From positions 1-36,185 of the IMG/VR virus record IMGVR_UViG_3300008261_000065: a stretch of DNA of 36,185 bases. One strand, given 5' to 3'. A program made the translations under genes and the position numbers. Source of the DNA: a virus. Lineage: Duplodnaviria; Caudoviricetes. Below the pieces are notes generated by a model, which had not been told where the DNA came from, searched no databases, and was given only the letters and a program-made list of their open reading frames with translations. Positions 14,901-24,434 of the stretch are shown here, piece after piece (positions within the stretch are counted from its first letter, which is position 1; each line of letters opens with the position of its first letter).

Positions 14901-17071
14901 AATTATATAGAGATAATAATTTATCAATTCAAGTAGAATCATATAACTATAGACGAAATGGAATAGATGCAGGTACATTTGGAGCAGAACTAAGAATAGA
15001 TACAAATAACACTTCAATTTCAAATACACTCTTTTATACACTAATACCACTTTCTCCATCTGTTGTCGAAAAGTATCAGATCTCTGTTGATACTGATGTA
15101 ATAGGAAATAATAAAATATCAATAGAAGATAGTGTTTTTAGTGATTTCTATAAGATACTTGTAACTTCATCTGATAGTTTTAAATTTAACTTGTATGAAA
15201 AACCAGAAAGTTTTTCATACACTACCTCTTCTGGTATTTCTTCTATCTTTTATGAGACAGATTCAAAGTCAGCAAGTGGACCAATATCAAAAATTAGATT
15301 GAATTTTGGTGGCAAAAAATATAAAAAATTACCCAAAATTGTCAATGTTGAATCTGAGAATGGTAGAAATGCTACACTTAAATGTGTATCAAAAAATATT
15401 GGAAAAATAAACAATATTGAAAGAGTCAAAGACGGTTTTGATTATCCAACAGATAATACACTTAAACCAATTTTAAGTGTTCCAACTGTATGTCAAATTA
15501 GAGGTATATCTAGGGTTAAAACAATTAATGTAATACGTGGTGGTTCAAATTACATTACACCACCAAAATTAAAAGTATTAGGCAATGATAACATAGAATT
15601 AGAATCAAGAATTCAAGGAAATTCTGTGATTGATGTCAAGATAATTAGAAACACAAAAGATTTAACTCAACCATTAACAATAATACCTATAAGAAATTCT
15701 AATGGATATGATATTGATGATATTACTTATAATAATATAACAAAAAAAGTTACTTTAGAATTGGTAAACTCTGATAATCAGCAGTTTCCATTAATATCAA
15801 ATTCATATGGATCAAATATTGTTGATTTTCCATTTAGTATTGGTGATCAAATCTTTGTCGAGAATTGCAGAGTAAATGATCAGACAAAATCTAACTATAA
15901 TTCATCAAATTATGGATATAGATTCTTTACTGTAACTGGTATTAATACTGGCAATTTTACAGTGACATACGATGTATCTGGAATTGCTGAAAATTTTGGT
16001 GAATATGTTTCAGATTTTGGTTATGGATACGTGGTGAATAAGAAAAATATGGCATCATTTGAAATGGAGTTGGAGGATGATTTATCATATTTCTCTAATG
16101 AAAATATAATAGGATATGATTCAAATGATTCTCCTATATTTACAGCAAAAGTAATGGAGAACGGGTGGGATAATAATATTAATCAATTGAGAATGATTGA
16201 TTCTTCTGGTGATCTTGAAGTTGGATATAAACTTTATGGAACTAGATCTGGTTTAACTGGAACAATTGAATCCGTTAATAAATTTACATTAAACTCAAAT
16301 CTTGAAGTATCTAGAGAAAAAGTAAATGATTTTGGAGATAGAGTTGGATTTTTAAATGATTATCAGCAAAGAATATCAGATAATGATTATTACCAGAAGT
16401 TTTCTTATTCGATAAAATCTGATGTTAATTATGAGGATTGGAAAGAATCAGTAAGATCATTGGTACATCCTGCAGGATTTAAGGAATTTTCTGATTTGGA
16501 TATTATCCAAAAAGCTTCAAATACAATGAATGTTGGAGTTGGGGATTCCTCATTGACTATTTTGGCAAACATTGATGGGTATGGGTCAATGAATTCCAGA
16601 TCTAATTTTTCAATGGTTTTGGAAGATGATCAGTTGGAGGATGGTTCTGTTGAAAGAATACTTTTCCCAGAGGGAGTTAGTTTAAAGTCATATATTTTAA
16701 GTAAGACCAATAAAGTTTTGAAAATTGATGACATTAGTGATCAATTTACAGGATTTACAACCACAACTGGTGGAAAAATAGTTGGGTTGACTACATTTAA
16801 ATTGAAAAATAAAGGAACTTCACTCTTCTATCATGAATTTTCTGGAATTAGCACTTCAACAATAAATTTAACTGTAGATTCATTTAATATTAGAAATCAC
16901 AATTTCCAATCTGGACAGAAAATATATTATGGAATAGGTTCTACAAATATAGATCCAATTTGCCTAGCAGAAAATACTGTTGACTCTGCATTTAGTTATA
17001 ATATACCAGAAACATTTGACACACAAATACTTACATTTGATAGTTTAGATTATACTATGGATCAAAGTTAA
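8999..17071 (+). CDS. gp7: baseplate wedge initiator gp7-like, N-terminal part (2690 aa), containing a YHYH-type domain
   Basis: Position after gp6; IESQIPEF, FY..KGT..SFK.LF, GSGY repeats, HSPIIGWAYDGNPIYGPYG, YYQKFSYSIKS..VHPAGFK. Confidence 0.85.
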   Translation: MSEIKRVRIQNIIESQIPEFLNVESPLFKEFLDRYYISQEHPTGIADLGVSVNSLKDISTYDNETLFSAFYPSVLTQKVLAFDDVINVSHTIGFPSKYGLIKIDDEIIFYTTKTQNSFIGCFRGFSGIHDIRQTLKSETINFTKTSASSHISTFEISTIVNNNATWTVSLVDPIVVSVNEIIYFEQSAYETPAANPLIPRGIPARVVNVNSQQQLIVEAAGDISNTAKVIKTIVVQNLNLVFYQELFKKFKSQFLPGFENRNFVSQVQIQNILSRAIDFYTTKGTDTSFKLLFNALFGKEISIIKPQEYLLRPSDNNYFVTKNILVEPIKNYDIDLSTIKGRTIFQDVDGLEASASIYSLEYRPFNDKNLYEIYLDGTSFVNNFKSTKKTNISKSVSINSNNIFVDSTIGFPSSGKLLVKTKNATDPVVITYTDKTNNQFLGVSGIIFDLNFGDEIYEERFVYVYHDDGSKLEFRLINVIGEIDYDSSSNLRVGDKIKLSSFGTNLSDKPEFNSWIYNLPTSHNIETVQISGNSTGTIWTINLFDNIKFYIGEKIELENTEDVNDIVRTAKVVAIFSGNSIEVETPFNISSKNKLNRIIETGESENPDLVNISHIPTGVQNTYIDENNEYFYVTSSGIPNYKLYSTQQIINCTAGPGIGVTDTLNTQNFHRFYTGEKIYFTPSTGSGITTGIYHLTTIGSIKDSKKVKFSLSKSDLYSKKYITFDKASTSGSFVKLDYENKSVSNQKILKKFNYKKGQNLLSEVGDRSTNNKKVGIFVNGSEIFSPTLFDENIYYGKLESISITNSGSGYDVINPPELEISDVSGSGAKGYLNIVGSLERVRIISPGIGYQVKPKITILGGNGTGAVVEPNFVKSQINNGFKGDGFGLNPTDNTITFFERHNFEDGEELIYNSNFNAEIVPLKNSAIYYAGIVNEKTIKLYENTTNAYTKTNEINFIGISSGFHYLKTTKSKNTITQVYVKESGSGYSNRLIKIPSVLSYDNNTNGVNTFDNYIFATDHKFKNKDIVRYSTTGTAISGLSTTSEYIVTVIDENKFYLSSVGNGTKIDEFDYINKRYIKFSSLGVGEHTFYYPPIRLVVESLSGVGATTIIAPEFEPIITGRIESVFLETNGVGYGVSDIINFHRRPDIKIKPIISEALLKPIVVNGAIVDVQFLSYGSGYDKGIDIEVYGDGKFADIRPVVDVNGRITSVNIASGGANYLQSNTILKVVRRGKEAKFLGNVFEWKINQVEKNKELLSTQDEGLIAPSNNKDFGLQYINFFAPKILRYSLDDHIDSSNREISNNTHSPIIGWAYDGNPIYGPYGQVGSEIRKIRSSYFKKVENDANLRPNLSDGFFVQDYYFDKAIGDLDEYNGRFCITPEFPNGVYAYFVTIDSAIVSKPEYPYIVGNKFKDYLIDENFTPSFTQDLNISEFNIVRNIAPYYINSNTSYYSLIQSNEEKHRQEFIVSETLSSSVDEILVYSPGENYKIGDNVIFDNEGTGGTGISAEVSKLRGKDLSKIEIGISTFNGTRFFTEKNLIVGSMNQPHNLLSGDQIVISDISDPAYSFLEGSRSIIVPSKIVGLSSDIDIVQITGSTTDIYVSDYSGFEVNDYIGIGSERLQIVRINQSNSTITANRLENVGFHTVGIDSVRLLPKKFYFSDVTLPTYLRENAPVYFNPKTLIGFGTQINNYVLPDQSNITVPAKSIYIPNHNFYTGQQIVYNVGFAGSSVYVSNIPDSVASFPLPNNTTLYVVNKGKDFIGISTLGFTTSSGIGTENNSLYIYENNATVGAAHSFTTIYKEVAGTVENYSLIVNTEENHELTELDNVTFNVTPRLTNTFSISYDSVLRKLTTIPTQFDTSVSVNVDNSTIYIPNNNFSTGDKVVYYNTGNSSIGGLINNETYYVIKQDPDYIKLASYRSDAISGVGITFTSQGSSFNALSLINPLLKTTKGNIIVFDLSDSSLSGMDLKLYRDNNLSIQVESYNYRRNGIDAGTFGAELRIDTNNTSISNTLFYTLIPLSPSVVEKYQISVDTDVIGNNKISIEDSVFSDFYKILVTSSDSFKFNLYEKPESFSYTTSSGISSIFYETDSKSASGPISKIRLNFGGKKYKKLPKIVNVESENGRNATLKCVSKNIGKINNIERVKDGFDYPTDNTLKPILSVPTVCQIRGISRVKTINVIRGGSNYITPPKLKVLGNDNIELESRIQGNSVIDVKIIRNTKDLTQPLTIIPIRNSNGYDIDDITYNNITKKVTLELVNSDNQQFPLISNSYGSNIVDFPFSIGDQIFVENCRVNDQTKSNYNSSNYGYRFFTVTGINTGNFTVTYDVSGIAENFGEYVSDFGYGYVVNKKNMASFEMELEDDLSYFSNENIIGYDSNDSPIFTAKVMENGWDNNINQLRMIDSSGDLEVGYKLYGTRSGLTGTIESVNKFTLNSNLEVSREKVNDFGDRVGFLNDYQQRISDNDYYQKFSYSIKSDVNYEDWKESVRSLVHPAGFKEFSDLDIIQKASNTMNVGVGDSSLTILANIDGYGSMNSRSNFSMVLEDDQLEDGSVERILFPEGVSLKSYILSKTNKVLKIDDISDQFTGFTTTTGGKIVGLTTFKLKNKGTSLFYHEFSGISTSTINLTVDSFNIRNHNFQSGQKIYYGIGSTNIDPICLAENTVDSAFSYNIPETFDTQILTFDSLDYTMDQS

Positions 17072-17073
17072 AA

Positions 17074-17081
17074 GATAAATA
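17074..17081 (+). promoter_or_regulatory. T4-type late promoter (GATAAATA)
   Basis: Intergenic, 25 nt upstream of ATG17107. Confidence 0.65.
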
Positions 17082-17106
17082 AAAATAAAGAAGTTTCTAT
17101 TGTATA

Positions 17107-19464
17107 ATGGCAAAACTAGGAATAAATACCGGTTCTACACCAAATGATGGTACAGGGGATACCCTTTTAGCAGCTGCTTTAAAAATAAATCAAAACTTTA
17201 CTGAGATTTATACCACTTTTGGTGATGGATCAAATTTATCCGGAGTTGTGACTTCTCTTGTTGGTTATGCAACAGAAGGATACGTTAATAATGCAATAGT
17301 GGGAATTGTTACTTCAGGTGCATTAAGTGGTTATGCTACTCAAGGATACGTTAATAATGCTTTAGTTGGATATGCAACCGAAGGGTACGTTGATAATGCT
17401 ATACTGGGTATAGGAACAGTAACTGGAGGATCATCTCAGTGGGTTACAACAGCAGCAGGAATTCATACACTTTCTAATGTTGGAGTTGGGACAACAAATC
17501 CAACAAGTGCTCTTACAGTTAAAGGAAATACTTCTCTTGAAACTCTGAATGTTTCTGGTGTTTCTACTTTCCAAAATGATGTAAAAGTTGCTGAATATAG
17601 TTACGGAACCAATTCTAATCAAATTATTTTAGGTAATAATAAATTTAGAATATATGCTGACGGATCTAATACATATTTGAAAAACTTTGATACTAATACT
17701 GGAGGAGATCTTTATATAGAATCTGATGCAATTATTATTAGAAAATATGATGGAACTGAGACCATAGCACAATTTACTGAAGGTGCTGGAGTACAACTCA
17801 ACTATCAGGGTATTAAGAAATTTGAAACGATTGGTGCTGGTGTAACAGTCAGCGGAACTACTTTTACGAATCAATTAAGTGTTTCTGGTGTTTCTACTTT
17901 TAATAATAATGTTAGAGTTTCTGGAATTGTAACTGCTAATAGTTTTCTTGTTTCCAATGATGGTGGAAATAATGGATCACTTCTAATTGAAGATACTGGT
18001 TCTTATTCTCAACTTTCTTTTAGGGCATCTAATGGCACTACTCAAGCACAAATACAAGGTGTTGAAGGAAACTTGTATATTTATTCTGGACTTAATGGAT
18101 ACACATCATTATCAAATGCAACTGGAAACATTTTTTATCCAGATGGGTCTGTAATATTAAATAATGGATATCAGGGAACAACTCTCATTTGTAACCAGGT
18201 TCACGTCCAATCTGGTATTACTAGTTTTTATAATAATGTATCGGTAGGTGGAACTATCTCTGTTGATGGTGGTGTAAAACTTGCAACTAATAATGCAACA
18301 ATCGTAGGAACATCAGGAACAGTAGGAGAAATCAAGAGAATTGGTGGTGCCCCATTCTTCTATGATGGAACTGCTTGGAGAGAATTTGTTCTTTCTTCAG
18401 GTACTCCAGTTTCTGTTCCCGCAGATACTGAGTGGGATGATGTTATTTTAAGATCTACATTTGATACTAATTTTGATGATGTAAGATTTAATGTTTCTCC
18501 TACTGTATCATCTGGATCCACGATTACACAATCATCAGTTAAAATTGGTACTGGTTCTTTAAGACTACAAAATGGATATTTAACATATCCTCATAGATCA
18601 GAATACAATTTCACAGGGGAGTGGACTATAGAAGGATGGTTTTATATTGACACTCTTCCAACATCAACTGGGTCAGCAAGTGATGTTATATTTTCAAAGG
18701 GGAATGCAGGAACTAGTGGTAATAATTTTGCACTAGGACTGGAGTATGCTGGAATCAGTAATCTATATAATTTTTACTGGAAAAATAATGCGTCACCAAT
18801 ACATAATGGTTCTCGTGGAACTGTAATAGCACAATATGCTGGTACAAATCTTATTCAGCAATGGATTCACATTGCTTTAGTTAGAGAACCATCTAATGGT
18901 TCTATTCATTTCTATTTGAATGGAATTGAGCATGGATCAACAGCATCCAATGCAATTATTGATAATGATATACCAAATACTTCTACTAATGATATGTATC
19001 TTGGATACTATCAGGATTTTACAGATAGTAGAAATTTTGATGGTTATGTTGATGACTTTAGAATATCTACAGTTGCAAGATACACTTCTGTTGGAATTAC
19101 TACAACTACAACGTTCACTCCTCCAACTACTGCTCTTCCAACTACTGGAACACTTTCATCTTATATTCAACCACCAGCAGATAAGTATGGTGAAATTTCT
19201 TTAGGAGTATCACCAACTTGGAGAGGTACTTCTGGAGTTACAGTTTCAAGACAAGCAAGTGGAAACTATCGTGTAAGTTTTGCAAGTTCTTACACAAATA
19301 GTAATGATTACTATGTACTCTCTCAGGGTATGGATCAAGGTTTTGCTTCTTATGTTGGCATTGCCAGATCTACCACTCACGTAGACATATCAATTAATAG
19401 ATTAGATAATGATGCAACTATTGATTCTGGTTCACTTTCTGTCCAGATTAAGAATCATATTTGA
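17107..19464 (+). CDS. baseplate-attached fibre/adhesin: T4 gp9/gp10-type N-terminus plus C-terminal concanavalin A/LamG-like domain (785 aa)
   Basis: INTG..PNDGTGDTL..A..KINQNF.EIY; VSGVSTF repeats; WTIEGWFY, WIHIALVR, FYLNG and FDGYVDDFRIS..ARY. Confidence 0.85.
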   Translation: MAKLGINTGSTPNDGTGDTLLAAALKINQNFTEIYTTFGDGSNLSGVVTSLVGYATEGYVNNAIVGIVTSGALSGYATQGYVNNALVGYATEGYVDNAILGIGTVTGGSSQWVTTAAGIHTLSNVGVGTTNPTSALTVKGNTSLETLNVSGVSTFQNDVKVAEYSYGTNSNQIILGNNKFRIYADGSNTYLKNFDTNTGGDLYIESDAIIIRKYDGTETIAQFTEGAGVQLNYQGIKKFETIGAGVTVSGTTFTNQLSVSGVSTFNNNVRVSGIVTANSFLVSNDGGNNGSLLIEDTGSYSQLSFRASNGTTQAQIQGVEGNLYIYSGLNGYTSLSNATGNIFYPDGSVILNNGYQGTTLICNQVHVQSGITSFYNNVSVGGTISVDGGVKLATNNATIVGTSGTVGEIKRIGGAPFFYDGTAWREFVLSSGTPVSVPADTEWDDVILRSTFDTNFDDVRFNVSPTVSSGSTITQSSVKIGTGSLRLQNGYLTYPHRSEYNFTGEWTIEGWFYIDTLPTSTGSASDVIFSKGNAGTSGNNFALGLEYAGISNLYNFYWKNNASPIHNGSRGTVIAQYAGTNLIQQWIHIALVREPSNGSIHFYLNGIEHGSTASNAIIDNDIPNTSTNDMYLGYYQDFTDSRNFDGYVDDFRISTVARYTSVGITTTTTFTPPTTALPTTGTLSSYIQPPADKYGEISLGVSPTWRGTSGVTVSRQASGNYRVSFASSYTNSNDYYVLSQGMDQGFASYVGIARSTTHVDISINRLDNDATIDSGSLSVQIKNHI
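17263..17400 (+). repeat. three coding repeats GYAT[E/Q]GYV[N/D]NA
   Basis: Visible at both protein and nucleotide level. Confidence 0.85.
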
Positions 19465-19494
19465 TTAATTTTTCATTTGGCATCACTTCTATCT

Positions 19495-19502
19495 AATAAA
19501 TA
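19495..19502 (+). promoter_or_regulatory. T4-type late promoter (AATAAATA)
   Basis: Intergenic, upstream of ATG19562. Confidence 0.6.
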
Positions 19503-19561
19503 ATCAAAAGTCATAATTATTTTAATGTGAATGGTTTTAATAAAAAATTAAAAGAAAATAT

Positions 19562-22500
19562 ATGCCCACAAGAGTAGTTCCTGGTTCTGGTGCAATTCTA
19601 CAACCAACTTTTGATTCAAATTATGGTGTAGTTTCAGTAAATGTTATTGATGGTGGATCTGGATACGCCTCTACAGATCCACCAAAAATAACTATACAAG
19701 GAACTAATCCTCCAATTGTTGAGGGAATATTTTATCCTGTTATAAATTCAAGTGGTGAAATTTCAAGGGTAGTAGTAATTGAACCAGGGAGTGGATATAC
19801 TCCTGTTGAAGTTGGGTCAGGACAAAGAATAGGAATAGAAACAACTGCTTTCGTAGAAAGTTCTCTTATTGTACAAAAAGGACTTAATACGTCATCTCCA
19901 TACATTTCTGTTGCATCAACAGAATCCAATATTATAATGGGAGTAATTGGAGGTAATGGTTCTTCTCTATATGAAAATGGATACAATATTGCAATTTCAA
20001 CTACAGTAGTAGGCACTTCTGCTTCAATAACTCCAGATTTCTCATTAAATCAAAATAGATTTTATGGATTTACAGAACCATTTCCTGCATATTATACTAG
20101 TGGAATTGGAACTGATGCTAAATTTAATGTTTTTATAGTATATGATTCAGGAACAGGAATCCCGATATCGACATCAGTTATTTTGAGAACTGGAGGAAAT
20201 GGATACTCTGTTGGAGATACCGTTTCCATTTCCGGAACATTTATGAATGGAACATCACCAGCAAACGATCTTTCATTTACAGTTTCTTCGGTAGCAAACA
20301 CAAGAATAGTTTCTGCGGCAAATAGCACATTTTTAAATTTACCATCAGAAACTTTAATTGGATTTGGTACTGGAGCAAAATTTAATGTTTCAAGAAATTC
20401 ATTTGGTGATATATCAATAATAAATGTTGTCAATGGTGGTTCAGGATACGCATTGACAGACAAAATTAGTATAGCAGGAACTTATATAGGGGGTTCAACC
20501 CCACAAGATAATTTACTAATTTCACCAGCAGTTTTGGGAACAAATAAATTACCCAAAAATTTGTATGTAATAAAAACAAGTGATAATTCATTTAAAGTAT
20601 CAGGATTATCAACATCGAATGAATTAAATTTGATATCATATGGTATTGGAACGAACTCATTTACTTTCAATAATCCAAATGCAAGTTCAATAATTTCTAT
20701 AGATAACATCATACAAAGTCCATTGTATAGAACTGAGTTATCATTGAGTCTTGCATCATCGATAGGAGTTTCAACTGATATAATTTTTGTTTCTTCTGGG
20801 TTGTCATCAATTACAAGTTATGATATTTTAAGAGTTGATTCTGAATTGATGACTATTAAAAATATTGGATTTGGTTATACCAATGCAATACAAGTAAATA
20901 GAGGTGTTTTAGGATCAAAACCAGATGCACATTTTAATAACTCAATAATAAATGTATTAAAAGGTAATTTCAATATAGTAAAAGATGTAATATATTTTGT
21001 TGATGCTCCATATGGTCCAGTTGGTCCAGAAGGATTGACAGTCAATTCGTCATTTAATGGCAGAGCATTTTCAAGACAATTTGATCCTAATCTAGAGAAT
21101 GATAAAAATATAATTTTTGATGATATATCAAAAGATTTCGTAAGTGCATCCTCTACTGAATTTTATTTAAAATCTGAAGGTGAAAAGGTAGTAGGAATTT
21201 ATACAGATACAAATTCAATTATTATTGGAAACATTGATATTAATAATAATCCAATAATCTTAATTAATGGAATTCCACAAATTTCAGAAACAGATTTTAC
21301 AATTGATACTCCAGGAAATAATAGACTGAAGTTCCTTTCTGGATTCCCAATTGCTGGAAAAATATCTAGAGTGGGAATAAACAGTGGATATGGATATCAA
21401 CCTTTAATAGGGGCTGGTGCCTCAGTTACAGTATCTACCGCTGGAACAATTTCTAGTGTGATATTACTAGGATCTGGAAGTGGATATAGAACTCCACCAG
21501 AAATTAAATTACAATCTATAGTAGGTTCTGGTGCATCATTCTCAGCAACAATTGGTGCAGGTGGAACTATTACCAATATTGCAATAGTTAATGCTGGAAG
21601 TGGTTATACAACAAGTCCAATCCCAAACGTTATAGTTGGAGTACCAACTGGTTATAGTGATTTGCCATTAGAGTATGTTTCAGGATCTAGTGGAAATGGA
21701 TACGGAGCTAAGGCATCTGTGATTGTTAGCAATCAGTCAAATGTAATTCAATTTGATTTAGAAGATTCTGGTCAATTTTATAAAGTTGGAGATGTATTAA
21801 AAGTTTCCGGAATAACCACCAATCCATCAGTTGGAGTTGGATTTAGTGAATTTAGAATTACTATTGAAGAAACAATGAGTGATAGATTTAGTGGTTTTTA
21901 TCCTGGTCAATTTATACAGTTTGATGATATTTCACAATTCTTTAATGGTATAAAGAAAAAATTCACTTTAACTGTTACTCAAGGGGCAATTACAGAAGTT
22001 TTAAGTCTCAAGGTAGACCCAAGTACTGATCTTTCATTAGAAAATAATTTGTTTATATATTTAAATGATGTCCTGCAAGAACCAATAGAATCATATTCAT
22101 TTAATGGATCTAGAGTAGTTTTTAGAGAACCACCAAAACCAAACTCAAAATGCACTATATTGTTCTACAGAGGTTCAGATTTAGATGTAGAGCAAATAGA
22201 TCCACCACCATCAATTAAACCAGGAGACACTGTTCAAATTATCGAAAATATTTTGGACGCATCAGACAGATCTCAATTTGAACGTATTGTTAAACGAATA
22301 GTCTCATCAGAGTCATTAGACACATTTACTTATGATAGTGTTGGCATAAACACAGATCAAACAAAGGAAAGACCATTGGTTTGGACAAAACAAACATCCG
22401 ATTTAATTATCAATGGTGTTCTTTATTCAAAATCTAGACCAGATTTAAAGTCTAGAGTTATTCCATACACAAAACTAATTAGAAACGTAGCAAAAGATGA

Positions 22501-24406
22501 TAGAGAAATATATGTCAATAATGCATTCCCACTATTTGTAAGTGTTGACAACATTACAGAGGAACTTAAAGATATTCAAATAATAAACAATAATACTGTT
22601 TCTCCAGCAATAGCAACTGCGATTGTTTCTGCTGGATCAACAATAACATCGATTTCTATACAAAACTCTGGTACTGGATATAATAATTTAACTACTCCTT
22701 TTGTTGCTATATCTTCGGCATTAATTAAAAAGAAAGATCCAATATATAACTGGAGTGCAGTTTCTACAGGAATAACATCTAATTATTCTTTAAATGCATT
22801 AGTTTATACTGATAGGATCGTTTCAGTTGGATCTAGTGGAATAGTTGGTATTTCTAGTAATGGATTGGATTGGATTGCATCTAGAATTGGTATTGCACAA
22901 TCAACAACATTTAATTCAATTTCTGGATACAATCAAAAATATTATGCAGTTGGAAATAATGCAAGAGTTGTTTATCTGAATTCTTCATCTGGATTCTCAA
23001 CTTCATCTTGGCAATCAATTAGATTATTTAAAGAGGAATCGGTTTTGGGTTCACCAGAGCCAATAATTGAATTCAGTACATACTCTGGCAATTTCAATGA
23101 AATAATATATTCTCAAAATAAAAATGTTTTGGTTTGCGTAGGAAGCAATAGAGGATTATTTTCTGGAGTTGGAATAGGAACAACATCACTGTTTGAAAAA
23201 GTTCCACCAGTATTTGTTGATTTGAATAGTGTTGCAATAAATGATAGGACAACTGCATTTATTAGTGGACTTTTATTTGTTGCAGTAGGAAATAATGGAA
23301 ATATCATATATTCATCAGATGCAGAAATTTGGGCAAAAGCACTCGCAATACCTTCAACACGAAACTTAAATAAAATAATTTGGGATTCATTCCGATTTGT
23401 TGTTGTTGGAAATAACTCAACAATATTAACATCAGTAAATGGAATAACTGGATGGGAAAAAATTAATACCAATATAACAGATGATTTAGTTAATATAAAA
23501 TACGAATATGGAATTTATATTGCATTGAATAGTTCAGGAGAATTACTTTTCTCATACAATCTTTCTCATTGGGTTAAGAGATCAACAAATCAACAAAATG
23601 CCATTAATGATTTGATAGTTATACCACCTTCAGAAGAAATAGGTGAGGGAAGGACTATTATAGTTGGATCTGGGGCAACTACTCTATATGCAGAACCAAT
23701 TTACAATAGAGCTATTGCAATTTCTTCAACATCTTCTGGTTCAGTCAGTTCAATTAGTGTAGTTGAACCAGGATTTGGATATGATCAGTCTTCACCTCCA
23801 CCAGTAATTGTTGAAGGTGCTGGAGTAGAAACGGAAAAGATTTTATCAATCAAAGCAGTTGGTGATTTTGGAACAATCAAATATGTTGGAGTTGGAGCAT
23901 CAACTATTGATTTTGAATTGCATTCAGAAACATATAATAACAGTTCTTTAGGTATTGGATATTCTTCATTAAATTCTTATGGTGTTAATTATAGTCAACT
24001 AGAAGTAGGTGATTATTTTGTGATCTTTGAAAGTAATTCTACTATTGGACACGCATTAACCGGAATAACAACAAGTCTTGGTGGTCTTTCTAATTATCCT
24101 GCGTCAAGAGTTGGAACAGCAACAACTTACTTGGATGGTGTTTATAGAGTAGAAAAAGTATCTTCTCCTGCTGCAGGAATTGTTACAGTTAGATGTAACT
24201 TTACTTATGGACCAAATAATATCCCAATACAAGTAAATACAAGTACTAACACAAACGGAATATATGGCAAATATACTTGGGGTAAAATATATGACTATCA
24301 AAATAGAACTAGATTAAAACCGAGAGATTTTTATGTACAACCAAATAATGGATTAACCGGTTTGTCCACTGCTCCTGATGTAGTAAGAACTCGTGGTCTT
24401 TTCTAA
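19562..24406 (+). CDS. large baseplate protein (1614 aa), equivalent to the C-terminal part of cyanomyovirus gp7, with BNR-like propeller repeats
   Basis: GSGY repeats, FDDIS..FNG..K.F.L, WTKQ..D.IING..SK.R, G.Y.WGKI, GLSTAP.V.R C-terminus; directly before gp8. Confidence 0.8.
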   Translation: MPTRVVPGSGAILQPTFDSNYGVVSVNVIDGGSGYASTDPPKITIQGTNPPIVEGIFYPVINSSGEISRVVVIEPGSGYTPVEVGSGQRIGIETTAFVESSLIVQKGLNTSSPYISVASTESNIIMGVIGGNGSSLYENGYNIAISTTVVGTSASITPDFSLNQNRFYGFTEPFPAYYTSGIGTDAKFNVFIVYDSGTGIPISTSVILRTGGNGYSVGDTVSISGTFMNGTSPANDLSFTVSSVANTRIVSAANSTFLNLPSETLIGFGTGAKFNVSRNSFGDISIINVVNGGSGYALTDKISIAGTYIGGSTPQDNLLISPAVLGTNKLPKNLYVIKTSDNSFKVSGLSTSNELNLISYGIGTNSFTFNNPNASSIISIDNIIQSPLYRTELSLSLASSIGVSTDIIFVSSGLSSITSYDILRVDSELMTIKNIGFGYTNAIQVNRGVLGSKPDAHFNNSIINVLKGNFNIVKDVIYFVDAPYGPVGPEGLTVNSSFNGRAFSRQFDPNLENDKNIIFDDISKDFVSASSTEFYLKSEGEKVVGIYTDTNSIIIGNIDINNNPIILINGIPQISETDFTIDTPGNNRLKFLSGFPIAGKISRVGINSGYGYQPLIGAGASVTVSTAGTISSVILLGSGSGYRTPPEIKLQSIVGSGASFSATIGAGGTITNIAIVNAGSGYTTSPIPNVIVGVPTGYSDLPLEYVSGSSGNGYGAKASVIVSNQSNVIQFDLEDSGQFYKVGDVLKVSGITTNPSVGVGFSEFRITIEETMSDRFSGFYPGQFIQFDDISQFFNGIKKKFTLTVTQGAITEVLSLKVDPSTDLSLENNLFIYLNDVLQEPIESYSFNGSRVVFREPPKPNSKCTILFYRGSDLDVEQIDPPPSIKPGDTVQIIENILDASDRSQFERIVKRIVSSESLDTFTYDSVGINTDQTKERPLVWTKQTSDLIINGVLYSKSRPDLKSRVIPYTKLIRNVAKDDREIYVNNAFPLFVSVDNITEELKDIQIINNNTVSPAIATAIVSAGSTITSISIQNSGTGYNNLTTPFVAISSALIKKKDPIYNWSAVSTGITSNYSLNALVYTDRIVSVGSSGIVGISSNGLDWIASRIGIAQSTTFNSISGYNQKYYAVGNNARVVYLNSSSGFSTSSWQSIRLFKEESVLGSPEPIIEFSTYSGNFNEIIYSQNKNVLVCVGSNRGLFSGVGIGTTSLFEKVPPVFVDLNSVAINDRTTAFISGLLFVAVGNNGNIIYSSDAEIWAKALAIPSTRNLNKIIWDSFRFVVVGNNSTILTSVNGITGWEKINTNITDDLVNIKYEYGIYIALNSSGELLFSYNLSHWVKRSTNQQNAINDLIVIPPSEEIGEGRTIIVGSGATTLYAEPIYNRAIAISSTSSGSVSSISVVEPGFGYDQSSPPPVIVEGAGVETEKILSIKAVGDFGTIKYVGVGASTIDFELHSETYNNSSLGIGYSSLNSYGVNYSQLEVGDYFVIFESNSTIGHALTGITTSLGGLSNYPASRVGTATTYLDGVYRVEKVSSPAAGIVTVRCNFTYGPNNIPIQVNTSTNTNGIYGKYTWGKIYDYQNRTRLKPRDFYVQPNNGLTGLSTAPDVVRTRGLF

Positions 24407-24413
24407 CTAAATA
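24406..24413 (+). promoter_or_regulatory. possible late promoter (ACTAAATA)
   Basis: Intergenic position upstream of gp8. Confidence 0.55.
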
Positions 24414-24434
24414 AAGAAAAAACGTTTATTTAAA

